A stretch of 63,907 nucleotides of DNA, filler included, from Thraustochytrium aureum (GCA_012862495.1; 5 parts of 3 records of this genome joined end to end with filler, not necessarily neighbours in it), one strand, 5' to 3'. Shown: positions 33,754 to 47,748, counted from the whole stretch's first letter. Translations and numbers: made by a program. The notes: a model not told the origin generated them from the sequence alone.

Positions 33754-34866
33754 CTAAAATGAGCTGATTCCCGTCAGCGGCCATGGGCCTTGCGTTGGCC
33801 TGGTTTCCCGGCCACTGTCAGCGTTCGCTCGGCAACGTCGAGCTTCGCCAGCAATCGCGCCAGCGTGACTGCGCATCCCTCGATTGCACCCTTCGCTGCT
33901 CATGAGAACGGCCCGCAATGCCTAGTGGCGCCTGCTTCATCAGCATGCCCCCTCGGCGAGGGTGCAGAGCATGGTGTGCCGTGCCGGCCAGCACGACGTG
34001 ACAGGGGCAGTGAAACGCCAAAACCAGGAAGCGAGAAACGTATTTTGCGATCGATCCCGATTGCCCTGCGTGCGCGCGTATTTCAGCGTTCCGTACTCGT
34101 TCCGTAGTCGAAGATACGTGCCCGACGTCTATCGACCATGCGACGAGCTGGGCTTTGAAATGCTTGTCGTGACTGCTTCCGAGTCCGAGCAGTGCAAATG
34201 TGTTTTCTTTGGGGTCAGCGATCGACAAGACGACGCCGGGACGAGCTGCAAAGGGCGTAGTGTACGAGTCGACACCCGTCAGCTCATGGACTTCGGACTT
34301 CGTGCGCGCACCTCGAGTCCCTGAGAACGAGAGAGTGGGGTACTCGACGACAAGCAAATTGTATCATGCACACCACGCACAGCATTCTCGCGCGCCGAAT
34401 GCTGATCCGTGGTCGGTGCTTGTACGGGGCAAGCAACGAACCCGAAGACCCACGCCACGCGGCTGCCTCCTTCGGGACCCAGATGAACGCGGGACGCCCT
34501 GCGCGCACCGACGAGCAGAAGAGCAAGCAAGCAGATCGCCGGGAGAGCGTCCGCGTTCACCTGAAACGGATAGTTACCAGCAACGGATAGTTCCGCTAAC
34601 TACGGATAGGTCCATGTATCACGGCTGTCGCGTGTGCCCTGTTGGTTGGTTGGTGAGCAGGGATGGAGTTGGTTGCGTGGAGACAGAGCAGAGCAGAGCG
34701 CGAACGCGGCGGAGCAGCAGCAGTAGAGCGCGAGTGCGAGCGTGCGGACCCCGCGTGGCGAGAGCCGGAAGAGGATAGAGGCACTTTCTTGCGCCTGCTC
34801 GGTCGCTCCCTTGCTCGCTCGCGCGCGGCCGCTGGCGGGCTGCTGCTCTGGGAAATCCGCGGCGAA

Positions 34867-37800
34867 ATGGTGGACGCGACGACCCCACGACGGACCAGGC
34901 GAGCCGCAAGCGACGCCGAGGCGAATGGAAAGGGTACGGCGAGGAGGACCAGGAAGAGGGTGGAGACGCCCGTGGATGCTGTAGATGTCGAGGCTGGCGA
35001 GCCGAGCCCCCGAAGACCTCGAGGAAAAGGGTGCCGACAACCGACGCGAAGGACGACTCGCGCTCTTCCAAGACACCCGCCAAGACACCCGCCAAGACAC
35101 CAGCAACGGGTGCGAAGAAAACGCACAAAGCAGGCCAAGTCAAGGTGCCCCCGCAGGAGACCAAGAGCCCAGAGTCCAACAGCACGGCGAACGCCGAGGC
35201 CACCAATGCACCATCNNNNNNNNNNNNNNNNNNNNNNNNNNNNNNNNNNNNNNNNNNNNNNNNNNNNNNNNNNNNNNNNNNNNNNNNNNNNNNNNNNNNN
35301 NNNNNNNNNNNNNNNNNNNNNNNNNNNNNNNNNNNNNNNNNNNNNCATCGAGCAAAACCGGCGCCTTGTCCAAGACCGCTCTGAGAAGGCAAGGCGCACA
35401 GCGGCAAAGCGCACAGCGGCAAGACCCACGGGAACCGTCGGGCAGACTTTGCAGTTCGCACACTGTTGGTGTTTATCAACGACAAGCGCCTCGTGCACGT
35501 CGAAGGCAACCACATGAATGTAGTCAACGCCGACACAGGGCGGACGATGGCCGTGATGCACGGGCACAAGGCCCCTATTGCCAGCGCCTGCGTGTCCCCG
35601 TGGAACTCGTTGCAACTTATTTCGTGCGACACGCGAGGCGTGATCAAAGTGTGGGACTACGAGGAGGCCAAGTGCCTGTCCACCGTCGAGGACAAGGGCG
35701 TGCAAAGCATCGTTGGAAATTTGGCTGTGATGGCAAGCGGGGAGAGCCAGAAAGACCTGACTTGGCCCGCGCCGCGGTGGCGCCTAGTGGAATACGCCCT
35801 GGAGGGTTCCTCGCTAGTGACCAAACGCCGCGTGTCCAAGGGCATGAGCAAGCCGTGGCGCCAGCTCGCCCGCGGAACCGGGGTCAACGAGGGCCTCGTA
35901 GCATGCTGCGCCGGCGACTCGCTCATCGTCTACGATTCCAGCACGCAATTGGCCACAAAGCTAACCCATGTCACCCGAATCTCGACGGTCGCGGTCCACC
36001 CGACGCAAAACCAAATCGCGTTTGGTGACCGGGGAGGGAAGATCACGCTCTTGCACAAGAACGGGAAGACCTGGGAAGGAGCAGTGCGCTCCGTTCTTCA
36101 CTGGCACGCGCACGAGGTATCTACGCTGTCCTTTACGCAGGATGGCGCCTATTTGGTATCAGGAGGGGAGGAGGCCGTGCTTGTCCAGTGGCAGCTGTCG
36201 ACAGGCGTCAAGGCCTTCTTGCCGCGGCTTGGAGGGCCCATAAGGCAGGTAGCCTGCAGCCCTTCCGGGGCCAAGCAGGCGGTCATGCTTGCAACGGGCA
36301 TGCTGCGCATTGTGGACCCGCGCGTGCGCGAGGTGACGCACTCGCTGCAGGAGCTGAGCACGGCCTGCAAGGTACCAGTAGCGCTCGGCGGCGCCAAGGC
36401 GGACGCGCAGATTGGCATGGTCCTAGAGCCGCGCTCGGGCGCCATCGTGGTGCAGCGCGTCCCGGGCGTCCTGCAGTTTCACGATCTCAAGACGGATAAA
36501 CTCGTGGACACCGTCGACGTCACAATGCGGAACCAGGTCACCGTCAAGGACGGCGACAAGGCGCCTCCTGCCCCGTTCGTCTCCAAGATCGCGTTTTCCC
36601 CGGGTCGAGGGCAGTACATGGTGACAATCGACCAAAACCAGGCCAAAAGCTATCTCAAGTTTTGGGCGCGGGTCGAGGGCGGGTCTGGCTCCGGAGGCGC
36701 AGGTGCGCGTGGCGCGTACGAGCTCACCACCCACGTGGACGCGCCACATCGCAAGCCCGTTGTCGCGGTGCTCGTTCACCCAAGCGGGGAGCTCGTCATC
36801 ACCGCGTCACGCGACAGCACCTTCAAGGTCTGGCAGGTCAAGTCTGGCACGGAAGGCCAGTGGGAGTGCAGGTCCATTGGGTATTACCGTAAATCGCCCA
36901 TTCGCACCGCAGCGCTCAGCCAGGACGGCTCGCTGCTCGCGGTCGCCTACGACAACGTGCTTACGCTGTGGTGCCCGCTCTCAAACAAGATGCTCGCCGC
37001 GCTGCCCCTGCTGGACCGCACCAAGCACGCAATCAACTCGGTCTGCTTTTACCGGCAGAATCTCGTCGCCGCCGCCACGGCGGACTGCACGGTTGTGGTC
37101 TGGGACGTGCTCAGCCGTCGCGCGCGGTGGGCGCTCAAGGTCCCGCGCGTCGCCGCGCTAGCGAGCAGCGGACCCAACCTGCTCGTTGCCGCGGACGCGC
37201 GGCTGCTCGTTTTCGGCGGCGAGGCCGTCCCCGAGCGGGTCTTGGAGGCCGAGTCGCGCGGCACGATTGTGGCGAACGTTGCCTTCGACGCCCGCTCCAA
37301 CCGCATCCTCTACGTGAGCACGAAGGGCCTCGTTGGCGCCTACGCGGAGCTCACCGCGCGCGCAAAAGGCCCGGTCGAGGCAGAGAGCCGCGCCTTTGCG
37401 GAAGAGGCGGAAACGAGCGCGCCGTCGAGCTACTCGCTCATGCAGGCCAGCAGCGCGCCTGCCAAGCGCAGCGCTCAGGCTGTCGAGCTCGAGACCGCGC
37501 GCAGCCGGCAGGCGCAGCGCCAGCTGCAGATCTCGACCGCCTCAGCCGACACGATCCAGGCCCTCGCTGCGTACCCGTCTTACGTGCTCCCGCCACTTTC
37601 CAAGATTATGGATGGGCTGTTAGCTGTGGACGATGTTGTGTCGCCGCCAGAGGACCTCGAGCCCCTCTCGCGGAAGCGGGCCGCGAGCAACGCCCGCAAC
37701 CTCGGCGGCGTGACCTCCAAGCGATCCAAGCTTGGCGACGCCGCGGACTGCGGCGTCGCGCCCTCCATGGCGCAATCAGACTCGACCGCGCCGGACAGCG

Positions 37801-37892
37801 CGGACGAGGGCGCCCAGCGGCTTTTGGACAAGTCGCTCGAGGTTGAGATGGCTCGGTTTTTCCGCGAAACGCTGTCGTCAGCCAGCAACTGA
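34867..37892 (+). CDS. WDR75: WD-repeat protein 75 / Utp17 (t-UTP, rRNA processing); N-terminal part frameshifted and gapped
   Basis: LHWHAHEV, GAYLVSGGEEAVLVQWQL, FLPRLGGPI, PGVLQF, LKFW, DGSLLAVA, PSYVLPP. Start inferred at MVDATTPRR (34867), preceding a low-complexity Lys/Thr-rich N-terminus. Confidence 0.88.
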
Positions 37893-38162
37893 AGGGATTT
37901 GTTTACTCACAAGCTATTTTGTCTGCTTCTAGGCCCCTACTGTTGACTGGAGCGTTTGGCGTTCTCACTTTTACATTNNNNNNNNNNNNNNNNNNNNNNN
38001 NNNNNNNNNNNNNNNNNNNNNNNNNNNNNNNNNNNNNNNNNNNNNNNNNNNNNNNNNNNNNNNNNNNNNNNNNNNNNNNNNNNNNNNNNNNNNNNNNNNN
38101 NNNNNNNNNNNNNNNNNNNNNNNNNNNNNNNNNNNNGGTTGCCCGGCAAGCCGAAAGTCCGC

Positions 38163-38674
38163 TTATGCGGAGCGCTCAGGCGTCGTCTCCGCGACGTTCC
38201 ACCCGTGCCGCGGCGCGCGGCACTTGCGCATGTTGCACGAGCTGCGCCCGGCGAAGTTGACGTTGCCGCATGAGCTGCATACCCAGGCGTTGTCTGGGAC
38301 CTGCGTCTGCGGTCTTACGCGCCTGCACCGCCGCAGGTTGCAGACCATCCTGTACTTGTAGTTGATATTACCGCAGCTCGGGCACGTCCATGTCTCTGCC
38401 GCGCAGCTGCCGAGTCGTTCTGCACGAGGAATCAGAACGTACTCGACGCAGGCAAGCACGTTCTCCGGCACGTTTTCCTGCTGCTCTTGCGCCGCAAACG
38501 ACTGCAGGCGCCCTCGCTCGACCAGCCGCAGTCCGAGTCGGCGTCGTCGGTCAAATCGGCGTCGTCCACAGTGCCTGCGCTGCAGCTGTACACGGCCGTC
38601 TCGGCCCCTGTTGCGTACCAGTGTCCGCGTCCAGCCTGTTGCCACTGCTCGCACGAGTACGCCCAAAAGTCCAT
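38163..38674 (-). CDS. RanBP2-type zinc-finger (RNA-binding) protein; start uncertain
   Basis: Two W-x-C-x2-C-x3-N-x6-C motifs: WTCPSCGNINYKYRMVCNLRRC and WVCSSCGNVNFAGRSSCNMRKC. Confidence 0.75.
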
Positions 38675-39928
38675 CGTTCTTGCTCCAAGTCGCGCGTCAA
38701 ACGTTGAAAGCGCAGCGCGCTCGGCCTTGCAGCGCTTGATGCACAAAATCTTTGCCTTGCGCCTGCTCAGCCCTCTTGGTCAGCAGGTATCGTGGCCTGG
38801 CCGACGAGGACGTTGGGGTTCTGCCGCTTGGTGAATGTGGTCTGGTCCACGGGCAGTCCTGGCTGACCTTGGCTAGCTCGCTCGCTATGCCAAGCAAGCA
38901 GCGGAGCGTTTGCACAGATTCTCCTTACCGTTTGCTTGAGGGTGGCCAGCAAGCAGCACGGACTGGTCGGCCAACCCGAAGGGCGCTGCTCCTTGGCGTG
39001 CGGCAGTCGCGTGCACGACGCCAGCGAAACAGCCAATCAGCGACCGAGTTGGACAGGGCGTTCTGCTTTGTCCGCTCCGGTCGCGCTGCGCTTTCCTTCT
39101 GTCCGCGCTGGTTGCGCGCAAGAGAACCGTGACCGTCATGGTAAACGGCGACCAGACACAGCGCTCTTTTGTCAACAGAGGTTCGCGATGCACTGGCAGG
39201 CAGAACTCGCAGGCTGCCAGCAGTACCCACAATCCGCACGGAAATCAATCATTCGGGATGTAATTTGTTGCGCCGGCTGACTCCACGAGGCTGGCTCTGT
39301 GCTCAAATACTTGTGAGCCCCAACAAGGACGCCGGCACCTGAGACAATCTGGACGCATTTGTTGTAGCCATGGAGCTCGAAAGTCGAAAGCGAAAGGGTC
39401 GAAAACCGCCTCGCCGAAGCGCGCTTGTGGTCTAACCAGGTGAGAGTTCACGCGGTTTCTTCGCAGAATTCGACAGGAATGTTTAGTTTTCAGCTTGCGT
39501 CGCCCTATCTACGGCCGCAGGCCAAGTCGTTGCGGCGACAAAGCGACAACCGCCATCTGCCTGTCGCTGCTGAGTTGCCAAAGCAGGTGGCGCAAAGGTG
39601 GTGTGAGCCTGCTGCAAGCCGAACAACAAACAACCATGAGGACTGCTCAACTTTGCTGCAATCATGGTGTCGACCATCTGAAGGCAGAGTGCACTGGCAC
39701 GTACCTCCTGCCACTGATCATGACGAGTCCCCTACGGGCCTGGTTGGGCCCTCCCCAGCGTTCAGTCTAGGAGGGGCAGCGAACCGTCCCACTTGATGCT
39801 CCCAAGTTGAAATTCGGCAGTGCCATTTCGTTCAGCTTGTGGGGGTCGCGCCTTCCGCCTCGTTTGGGCCGGTTCCCTAGCTACATCGCGTGTGGCAAGC
39901 GGGCCTTTGGGGAGAGTTTTCACGCTAC

Positions 39929-42900
39929 CTAGGTAGACAGGCCCGACGTGCTGCCTGAGCGGCGCAGCCCGACTAGTCCTTCGAGTGCGCCGCGGTTCGC
40001 GCGGATCACCTTAAACTTTGCAAAGTCAGCGGGGCGCGCTTCTGGTTTGAGCACGATTCGAAGTGCCGTTCCGCCTGAACCGCTTGGCGTTTGATTGCTC
40101 CTGGATGGCGCAGGCATGCGGGAGGTTGACGAGCGGCGATTCCGGTTCTGATCGCCAAAGAAGGTGAAGAAAGGATGCGACGCGCAAAGAGAGCCGGCGG
40201 GCCCAGCCGCGCTATCCGCGTCATCGTTTGCCACATCATCGTCGTCCGACGTCTCGTATTCGTCTGTAGATATTACGTACGCTGCTCCACCACCGCGTTG
40301 CGGGCGGTGGACACAGTCCTCCGCGTCACCAACGAGATTTCCGCTTGCCTCAAAGGAAATGTACTGCGAATGCACCAAGTCCCTGGTGCACTTCTCCTCC
40401 TCCTCCTCCTCATCATCATCGGCAGCATTTGCTGAAGGACCGAGACTTGCGAGCGACTGGCTTGCGAGCGACTGATGCTGCGTCAACTCTGGCAACGTCG
40501 CGCAGCTTGAGAGGGTCACGTGCGTAACTGCAACTTGCGGGTCGACCTGCCTTTCTCGAGGCTCGCGCTCAAATGGCTTTCGCGGTCTCGGACCCCGCCT
40601 AGCCCGACGAGCTGCGCCGGCTCGGCGGCCGACGGGACTTCACTACTGCCCTCCAGGTCTGGAAAACCAATTGTTACGCTCGTGGCTTTCGTCTGCACAA
40701 CCCGTCGTGGCGCAACGACGCTCACAAACGAGACTTGGTCATGATCAACGGAGGTGCAAAACTCCAGCGTTGCCTCATCCTGAGGGCGCGGCGAGGGCTC
40801 CTGCAGGAAGCAGGACGAAACGAACGCTTCGCGCGCGGTCCGCGAGGTGTGAGTCGTTTCCAGCAGAGATGCATCTTCAGCCAGCACGCATGGTGCGGGC
40901 TTGCTCCCGGGCTTGCTGAATTGCACAATCCCGCCATGCCCGTCTCTAAGCTCCCCCGCGGAGACCTGCCTCGGTGCATCGAGGAGGCCGTCCCGCGAGA
41001 ACACGGACTCGCCCACCAAATTGGAAGCGCTGGCGGACTTCGTCGTAGATCGCTTGCTGCTAGACGACGACCAGATCTCGCGCATCTCGGCGTCGTCCGG
41101 GTCACCAGCTTGCTCGAGCCTGTCAAGAGCGACAAAGTTTGGGAACAGCAGCGTACCAGCGCGGTCCTGAGCGGGTCTTATTGGCGGCTCGGTGAGGTTT
41201 ACCGGTGTACGCTCACCGGGATCAGCCACCGCTGCGCACGGCGAAGGCGAAAGCGCTTCATCGATTTGCTCGCTTCGAATCGCTTCACGCCTTGCGGGAA
41301 TGGGGTCGGTGGTGTCGGAAACGGCCACCCGTTCAGCTGTCTTCCTTGCACTCTGCTCAGCGGAACTCGAAGCTTCGGTCAAAGGCGAAGCATGACGCAG
41401 CATTCGCGTTGGGCTTTCTTGCCCGGCAATCTCGTCGCCTCTCCGGCTTTGGGATGCCAACGAGTTCGGTGTTCTCGGCGCCTCGGCCGCGCTCGGGTCG
41501 GGGCTTTGCCCGCTGGGTTGTCCTAGAGCATCTTTCGATAGCTGTGATCGGGGCTGCGCCACGCCAGGGACTGCCTCTGCAGAGGCTTTGGCCTGGTCGC
41601 GGGAAGAGTCCTCCTCGCTGCTGGTAAATGACTCGCCGCCTGCTGGATCGGTGCTGGGGGGAATCGTAAGTTTTCCTAGAGCAATTCCTTTGGCTGAAGG
41701 GCAACGCGCTGGCGGCGACAACGCTGGCGGAGTTCGTGCGCCGGGGTTCGGCGCCCCACCATTCTCCCGGGCGGTTGAGGGGCTAGCCCCTGGCGAATGT
41801 ACCACGCATCCTGGAGAGGCTCTGAGAGGGACTGGAATGTGCCCCTCGTCCACTTGGCGAACCCTGACGCGAGGGCTTGTCACAGCTCCGGCTGGACTGC
41901 GCGGCCCGTCCGCTTGGCGGTCACTTCCGCAAGGCGCTGCAAGAGGCTCGGGCTGTTGGTTTCCCGACCTGGACTCGTTGGGCTTCCACTGCAAGGCCCG
42001 ATCGACTTGGCGTTCAAGAAGGACGAACCGCGCTTGAGGGTGTTTCGGCGCGCCAAGAGCGTCGGCTTTTGTCTCGTTTGCCCCGACGCAAAGTCGTACA
42101 GGAAGGTCTTGCCACTCTCGTCGATCATTTCCAAGAACTCGAAACGGGCGTCACGTAAACCCTGCTCTCGGGCTGCAGCAGCGAGGGCCAAAAAGTAGCT
42201 GTCTGCAGGATGGAGCCGGGACGAGGCGACGAGGCCGTCTTGGTCCTCGTAGCTATATGTACACTGACCCTGCTCGTGATTGCCGCCCGCAGACGTCCAG
42301 CCAGGCGGCAGCTCCGCGGCGAGACGCATATGGGGCACCCAATATAAATGCGCCTCGTCCTTGGCAACCAAAAGCTTGCGGGCCATGGCCCGCACCATCT
42401 CTGGCGTCCGGACCGCCGTCGAACTTATGACGGCCACGTTAGCTGGCGAAGTTGGGTCCCCGTACTTTGCGACATAGTAGTCGAAAGCTCGCTCTGCTGG
42501 AGTGCCGCCGCTTGATTCGCCCTTTCCGTTGAAGACGGTGCCACGGCTGGCCGCAGTTCGCGCAGCTTGGGCTTGCTCTGAAGATTGCTGGCGGATGCGG
42601 ATGCGCTCTTGCACAGCGTCTTTTTCGCGGCGCTTGCGGAGCCGCGCGAGCTTCACCTTGAGGCTGTCTGCGGCAGGGTGTACGAGCGAGTACATGTACA
42701 CCTTGAGCTGCACAGAAGTTCCAGCGGCTGCGGCTCGAATGGCCCACTGAGGCAGCGGGACGGGGCTGCGCAAGGGCTCTTCGAGGTATCGCCATATGTT
42801 TTGCACAAGCTCGCCTTGCATATTGCAAAAGTGGAGCTTTCCGTCTGGGTCCGTACGCCGAACCCATCCGGCAGGCAGCGGAGCCAGGAGGGCCACGCAT

Positions 42901-44495
42901 ATCTCTTTGAGGAAATCGGTTTGCTCTGCGGCGAGCTTGACGCCACAGTGGTCGCAGAGCCCGCTTAGAACGTCCTCATCCACGCGCCCCGTCAGCAAGG
43001 CCCAAAGGTCGCGCGGCTGCGCTCGGTCGACCAGAGCAGTCAGCTCTCTCTCGGAATACTCGAGTGTGCCTCCTCCCGCCTCGTCGGAGCCCGCCTCTGC
43101 TTCCGTGCGTAGTTCTGCTTGCGTCTGCTGGCGCGAATACGAATCTCGGCTTGTGAGCCTCGAGTTAAACGCAACTAGCGTCGGCGGGAGGCCCTCTTCT
43201 TGATCCATTGCCGAGATCTCCCCGGTAGCAAAGTTGAACGCAAAGAGCGCGCTCTCGCTCCAGCAATAAAAGACCAGCACCCCGGCTCTGTAGCGCTCTT
43301 CTGGCCCAAACAGGTCGAGCAATCCGGCCGCGCAATCGGAGGCGGCCTCGTTGCCGCCTTCGCTCGCCGAGTCGTCTCGCGCCTCTTTTAGCATCTCGAG
43401 CTCCTCGCGCACGCTTTCAATAAGGTTTACAAAGTACGGCTTTGCAGGGTGGGAATCAGCAAAGATTTGGCGGGAATCCTCACTTGCGCCTTGCGGCGGC
43501 GTGTACCCAAAGCACGGCGCCTCCATCTGCGGCGGGCCTGGTGCGCACTCGTAGCTTTCGTCCTCCGTCAGGCGCGCGTCGCGCCCAACGAGCTCCCGCA
43601 AGGGCGCATGTAGGAGCCATTCACCAAGCTCCTTTTCGGCATCAGTGTCGCCCGCAAACCTTTCGATGCTCCAGCGCGGCGGCAGGTCGGCAGCCAAGTA
43701 CTGCCGAACCACCCAAGCCAACCCGGGCTCTTCGCCGAGGTCAACACCGAACTCGTCCTGGGCGCACTTTGCCACGGCAGCAGGGCACGCCTCCCAAAAT
43801 AGCGGTTGGTCGTCGACCTGCCCCACATCGTCGACTTCGGGGTTCCCCAGCACCGTCTTATAGTGGAGCAGGGCTTCGTGCTCGGCTTTCTCGTATCGNN
43901 NNNNNNNNNNNNNNNNNNNNNNNNNNNNNNNNNNNNNNNNNNNNNNNNNNNNNNNNNNNNNNNNNNNNNNNNNNNNNNNNNNNNNNNNNNNNNNNNNNNN
44001 NNNNNNNNNNNNNNNNNNNNNNNNNNNNNNNNNNNNNNNNNNNNNNNNNNNNNNNNNNNNNNNNNNNNNNNNNNNNNNNNNNNNNNNNNNNNNNNNNNNN
44101 NNNNNNNNNNNNNNNNNNNNNNNNNNNNNNNNNNNNNNNNNNNNNNNNNNNNNNNNNNNNNNNNNNNNNNNNNNNNNNNNNNNNNNNNNNNNNNNNNNNN
44201 NNNNNNNNNNNNNNNNNNNNNNNNNNNNNNNNNNNNNNNNNNNNNNNNNNNNNNNNNNNNNNNNNNNNNNNNNNNNNNNNNNNNNNNNNNNNNNNNNNNN
44301 NGACGTAGTACGCCGCCCCAAGCCCGTTCTGCGGCGAGAAAGCAACGCGAGCCCGGCGACATCAAGCGCAGCTTCCTGCACGCCCCTGTACACTGCGGCG
44401 ACCGAGTCCACATCATCAAACTCAGCATCCACGCCAACCTCGCGGCACATCAGCCTAAACTCTGCATCCCCGGGAAACACAGCGCGTTGTGTCAT
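39929..44495 (-). CDS. Large protein with three CEP164-N-like (helix + WW-like) modules and a long disordered C-terminus; gapped and frameshifted
   Basis: Repeats LAWVVRQYLAADLPPRW...HPAKPYF, LKEICVALLAPLPAGW...HPAAD and LYWVPHMRLAAELPPGW...HPADSYF. ORFs 41880..44600, 40516..41994 and 39929..40519 overlap head-to-tail, so a single gene is inferred. Confidence 0.6.
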
Positions 44496-45495
44496 GCCTG
44501 CGACTGCCGGCCTCGAAAGGCCTCCGCCTTGGCGGCCGCCTCTCGAGCCGCGGACCGAGAAGGAATGAGCGCAGCGCAACAGACCAATCCAAGCGCACAA
44601 TGCAGCCTCGCGCAGCCTCGCGCAGCCTCACGCAGACTCGCGCACCGGTGGGCCGCGCCTCTCGCGCAGCCTCTGGCGGGATGCCAGCGCGCAATGCGGT
44701 CTGCGGAGAGTACGGTATACTCGGTCTGCAACATCAACGGATACCAGGGTGGACAGAAGGGCTCGCTCGCCCGCATCGGACGATCCGCTGCTGCTGGAGC
44801 TGCTGCATTGCTCCCGTGAGCCCGATCGGGCTCGCGGCGGCCGCCTAGTTGGGCGTCTGCGATGGTCGACGCAAACGGATGGTCGGGCTGCCATGGGCTG
44901 TGGGCCTGCAACTCGCGGTGGACCGCTCCGCTTCCTGCTCGCAGACTCGCCTCGTGTTGGCACCAAGCGGGGCCATAATGGTTTTGTTGCTGGCGCCGCC
45001 GCAGGGAGCGCATGCGGCACCCAGAGTGCAGCCGCTCTGCGAAAGCTTCGAGCAGGCCGGGAGCGCTCACCAAACAACGCGGCGGGTAGCGCCCGGAGAA
45101 CCAAAAACAAGCGACACAATAATCATTTGCGATGCGAGCAAGCGACAATAACAAGCGACCCCCTCGCTCCCCAGGCTCAGCGAAAGCGAGCGTGGTTGGC
45201 ATAGTCGCGCTCCTTGCTGCTGTTATTCTCATTCGGGTACCGGTCTTGGGGGCATCGCCCGCTGCGAGTACATGTTTGGAGCGCGCCGTCTGGTCGAACC
45301 NNNNNNNNNNNNNNNNNNNNNNNNNNNNNNNNNNNNNNNNNNNNNNNNNNNNNNNNNNNNNNNNNNNNNNNNNNNNNNNNNNNNNNNNNNNNNNNNNNNN
45401 NNNNNNNNNNNNNNNNNNNNNNNNNNNNNNNNNNNNNNNNNNNNNNNNNNNNNNNNNNNNNNNNNNNNNNNNNNNNNNNNNNNNNNNNNNNNNNN

Positions 45496-46525
45496 GCGCC
45501 GCTCCGGCGCACTTTTGCGCCAGTCACCGCCTGCCGCAGGCGCACGCCTCGGCGAGTCGTTCTGGCGCAGCGGCTCGTGCTGGGGCTGTTGCGGCTTGGA
45601 CGGCTTGGGTGGTGCCGGTTCGCTCTCAAATTGGCGCGGCGGGCGTTCCGGGGCGGCAAAGTTGTGCTCCTGCTGACGCTGCGACCAAGTCGCCTTCCAG
45701 CTCCGGCGCAAGCTCTTGCTGCTGTAACGGGGTGCAGCGTTCACCGGGCGTGCGGCGGTCGAAGCTGGGCGAGCAGTGTCCCACGGCATCTGCCGGGCGA
45801 CGCCGTAGGCAGAGTTGGGCCCCGGTCGACGGTCCGCGAGGCTGGCGACGCGCCCTTTGGCCCCGCACGCGCAAAGTCAGCTCGGTTGGACTCGGAGACC
45901 GGCATGCGGTCCACGGTGCTCTGCATGACTCCGTACGAGCCTGCGTTGAGGAGCGAAACGCTTGCATTCGGGTTTGTGCCAGGGCGGGCGAACTGGCCAC
46001 GGTTAGCCTGGTGGACGTGCGCCTCCTTGTTCGCGTCCATAAACCCGCGGCTTCCGTTGTTGAGCTTGGACACGCTCGCGCCCTCGTTAACTGGGTGGAA
46101 GGCGCGCGGCGCGCGGCTTGCCGCGCCGAGCGACCCGCCGCCCGCGACGCGCTTGAGGGCGAGCACGCAGCTGACCACCTGGCCAGATTCTTCAACTCAA
46201 AGAGGTCGACGGTCGTGAACAGGTCGCTCTCTGCCACGCCCATGCGTCGCGCGCACTTGATAAACGCGCTGATGTTTTCCATCTGCTTGAAGGGGGCCTG
46301 GCCGGTGTACACCCTGATGGACCCCGGCCGCAGCGCGTTGACCAGGTTTGCCAGAACGACGCCGTCCTGCAGTGCGGGGCCAAACCCGCCCGCCAGCCCG
46401 GCGCCCGTCACGCTCCTAATCCACGCCGCCGCCTCGCGCTCGAGCCCCACGTCGTACTTCGCGTTCGCCTTCCTGGCGAGCTCAGCGTCCAGGCCATAGT
46501 CGTTCACCGCGCGAACGGCCGCCAT
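45496..46525 (-). CDS. Calponin/transgelin-like actin-binding protein (single CH domain); frameshift near 46182; 3' end uncertain
   Basis: YGLDAEL..K.NAKYD..LEREAAAWI, ALQDGVVLANLVNALRPG, PFKQMENISAF, DLFTTVDLFELKNL then (Q)VVSCVLAL. Confidence 0.85.
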
Positions 46526-47748
46526 GCTCCTGGCCCGCGTGGTCCCGCGCGACCCAAGCAAAAGCGCCGCGACCTCGCTGGCCCACGCTGCTCTCCGCCC
46601 GCTCGCAGCGACCGCGCCTCTCGCGCGTCGTGGCCTGCCTCGCTCGCTCGCTCGCTCACTTGCTCGATGCGAGTCTGCCAGCTCGTACAGAACACCTCTT
46701 CTCGCAGGTGTGCACTCGCTCGCACATTCATCGCGTGAACGTTCTTTCGTTCATTAACCTTTTTACTGGTGTGCGACAACAGGTGTGCGACCGTGTGCTG
46801 CTTACGACACTCTAGTGGGAAGTCAAGCAAAGATGACGTCATCCGGCCTCGCAGGCTCGTGACGAGGAGGGGGGTGGTCGTGACGTGCAGGCGCGGTCTA
46901 CCGAGCCGCGAGGGCTCTTTACGGGCGGAGCGCGTGACTGAGGAGGGGATGTGACGTGAGCGGGTGGTCCTTCGTGTCGCGTTGGTAGTANNNNNNNNNN
47001 NNNNNNNNNNNNNNNNNNNNNNNNNNNNNNNNNNNNNNNNNNNNNNNNNNNNNNNNNNNNNNNNNNNNNNNNNNNNNNNNNNNNNNNNNNNNNNNNNNNN
47101 NNNNNNNNNNNNNNNNNNNNNNNNNNNNNNNNNNNNNNNNNNNNNNNNNNNNNNNNNNNNNNNNNNNNNNNNNNNNNNNNNNNNNNNNNNNNNNNNNNNN
47201 NNNNNNNNNNNNNNNNNNNNNNNNNNNNNNNNNNNNNNNNNNNNNNNNNNNNNNNNNNNNNNNNNNNNNNNNNNNNNNNNNNNNNNNNNNNNNNNNNNNN
47301 NNNNNNNNNNNNNNNNNNNNNNNNNNNNNNNNNNNNNNNNNNNNNNNNNNNNNNNNNNNNNNNNNNNNNNNNNNNNNNNNNNNNNNNNNNNNNNNNNNNN
47401 NNNNNNNNNNNNNNNNNNNNNNNNNNNNNNNNNNNNNNNNNNNNNNNNNNNNNNNNNNNNNNNNNNNNNNNNNNNNNNNNNNNNNNNNNNNNNNNNNNNN
47501 NNNNNNNNNNNNNNNNNNNNNNNNNNNNNNNNNNNNNNNNNNNNNNNNNNNNNNNNNNNNNNNNNNNNNNNNNNNNNNNNNNNNNNNNNNNNNNNNNNNN
47601 NNNNNNNNNNNNNNNNNNNNNNNNNNNNNNNNNNNNNNNNNNNNNNNNNNNNNNNNNNNNNNNNNNNNNNNNNNNNNNNNNNNNNNNNNNNNNNNNNNNN
47701 NNNNNNNNNNNNNNNNNNNNNNNNNNNCACGCACTGTGCGACTCGAAG

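Noticed and set aside
33818..34560. Possible small minus-strand gene between VPS26C and WDR75
   Set aside because: Partly protein-like composition but no recognisable motif or consistent frame, so it cannot be supported.
45132..45300. Possible N-terminus of a membrane-anchored protein (VVGIVALLAAVILIRV)
   Set aside because: Only ~56 codons before a gap, with little room before the convergent calponin gene.
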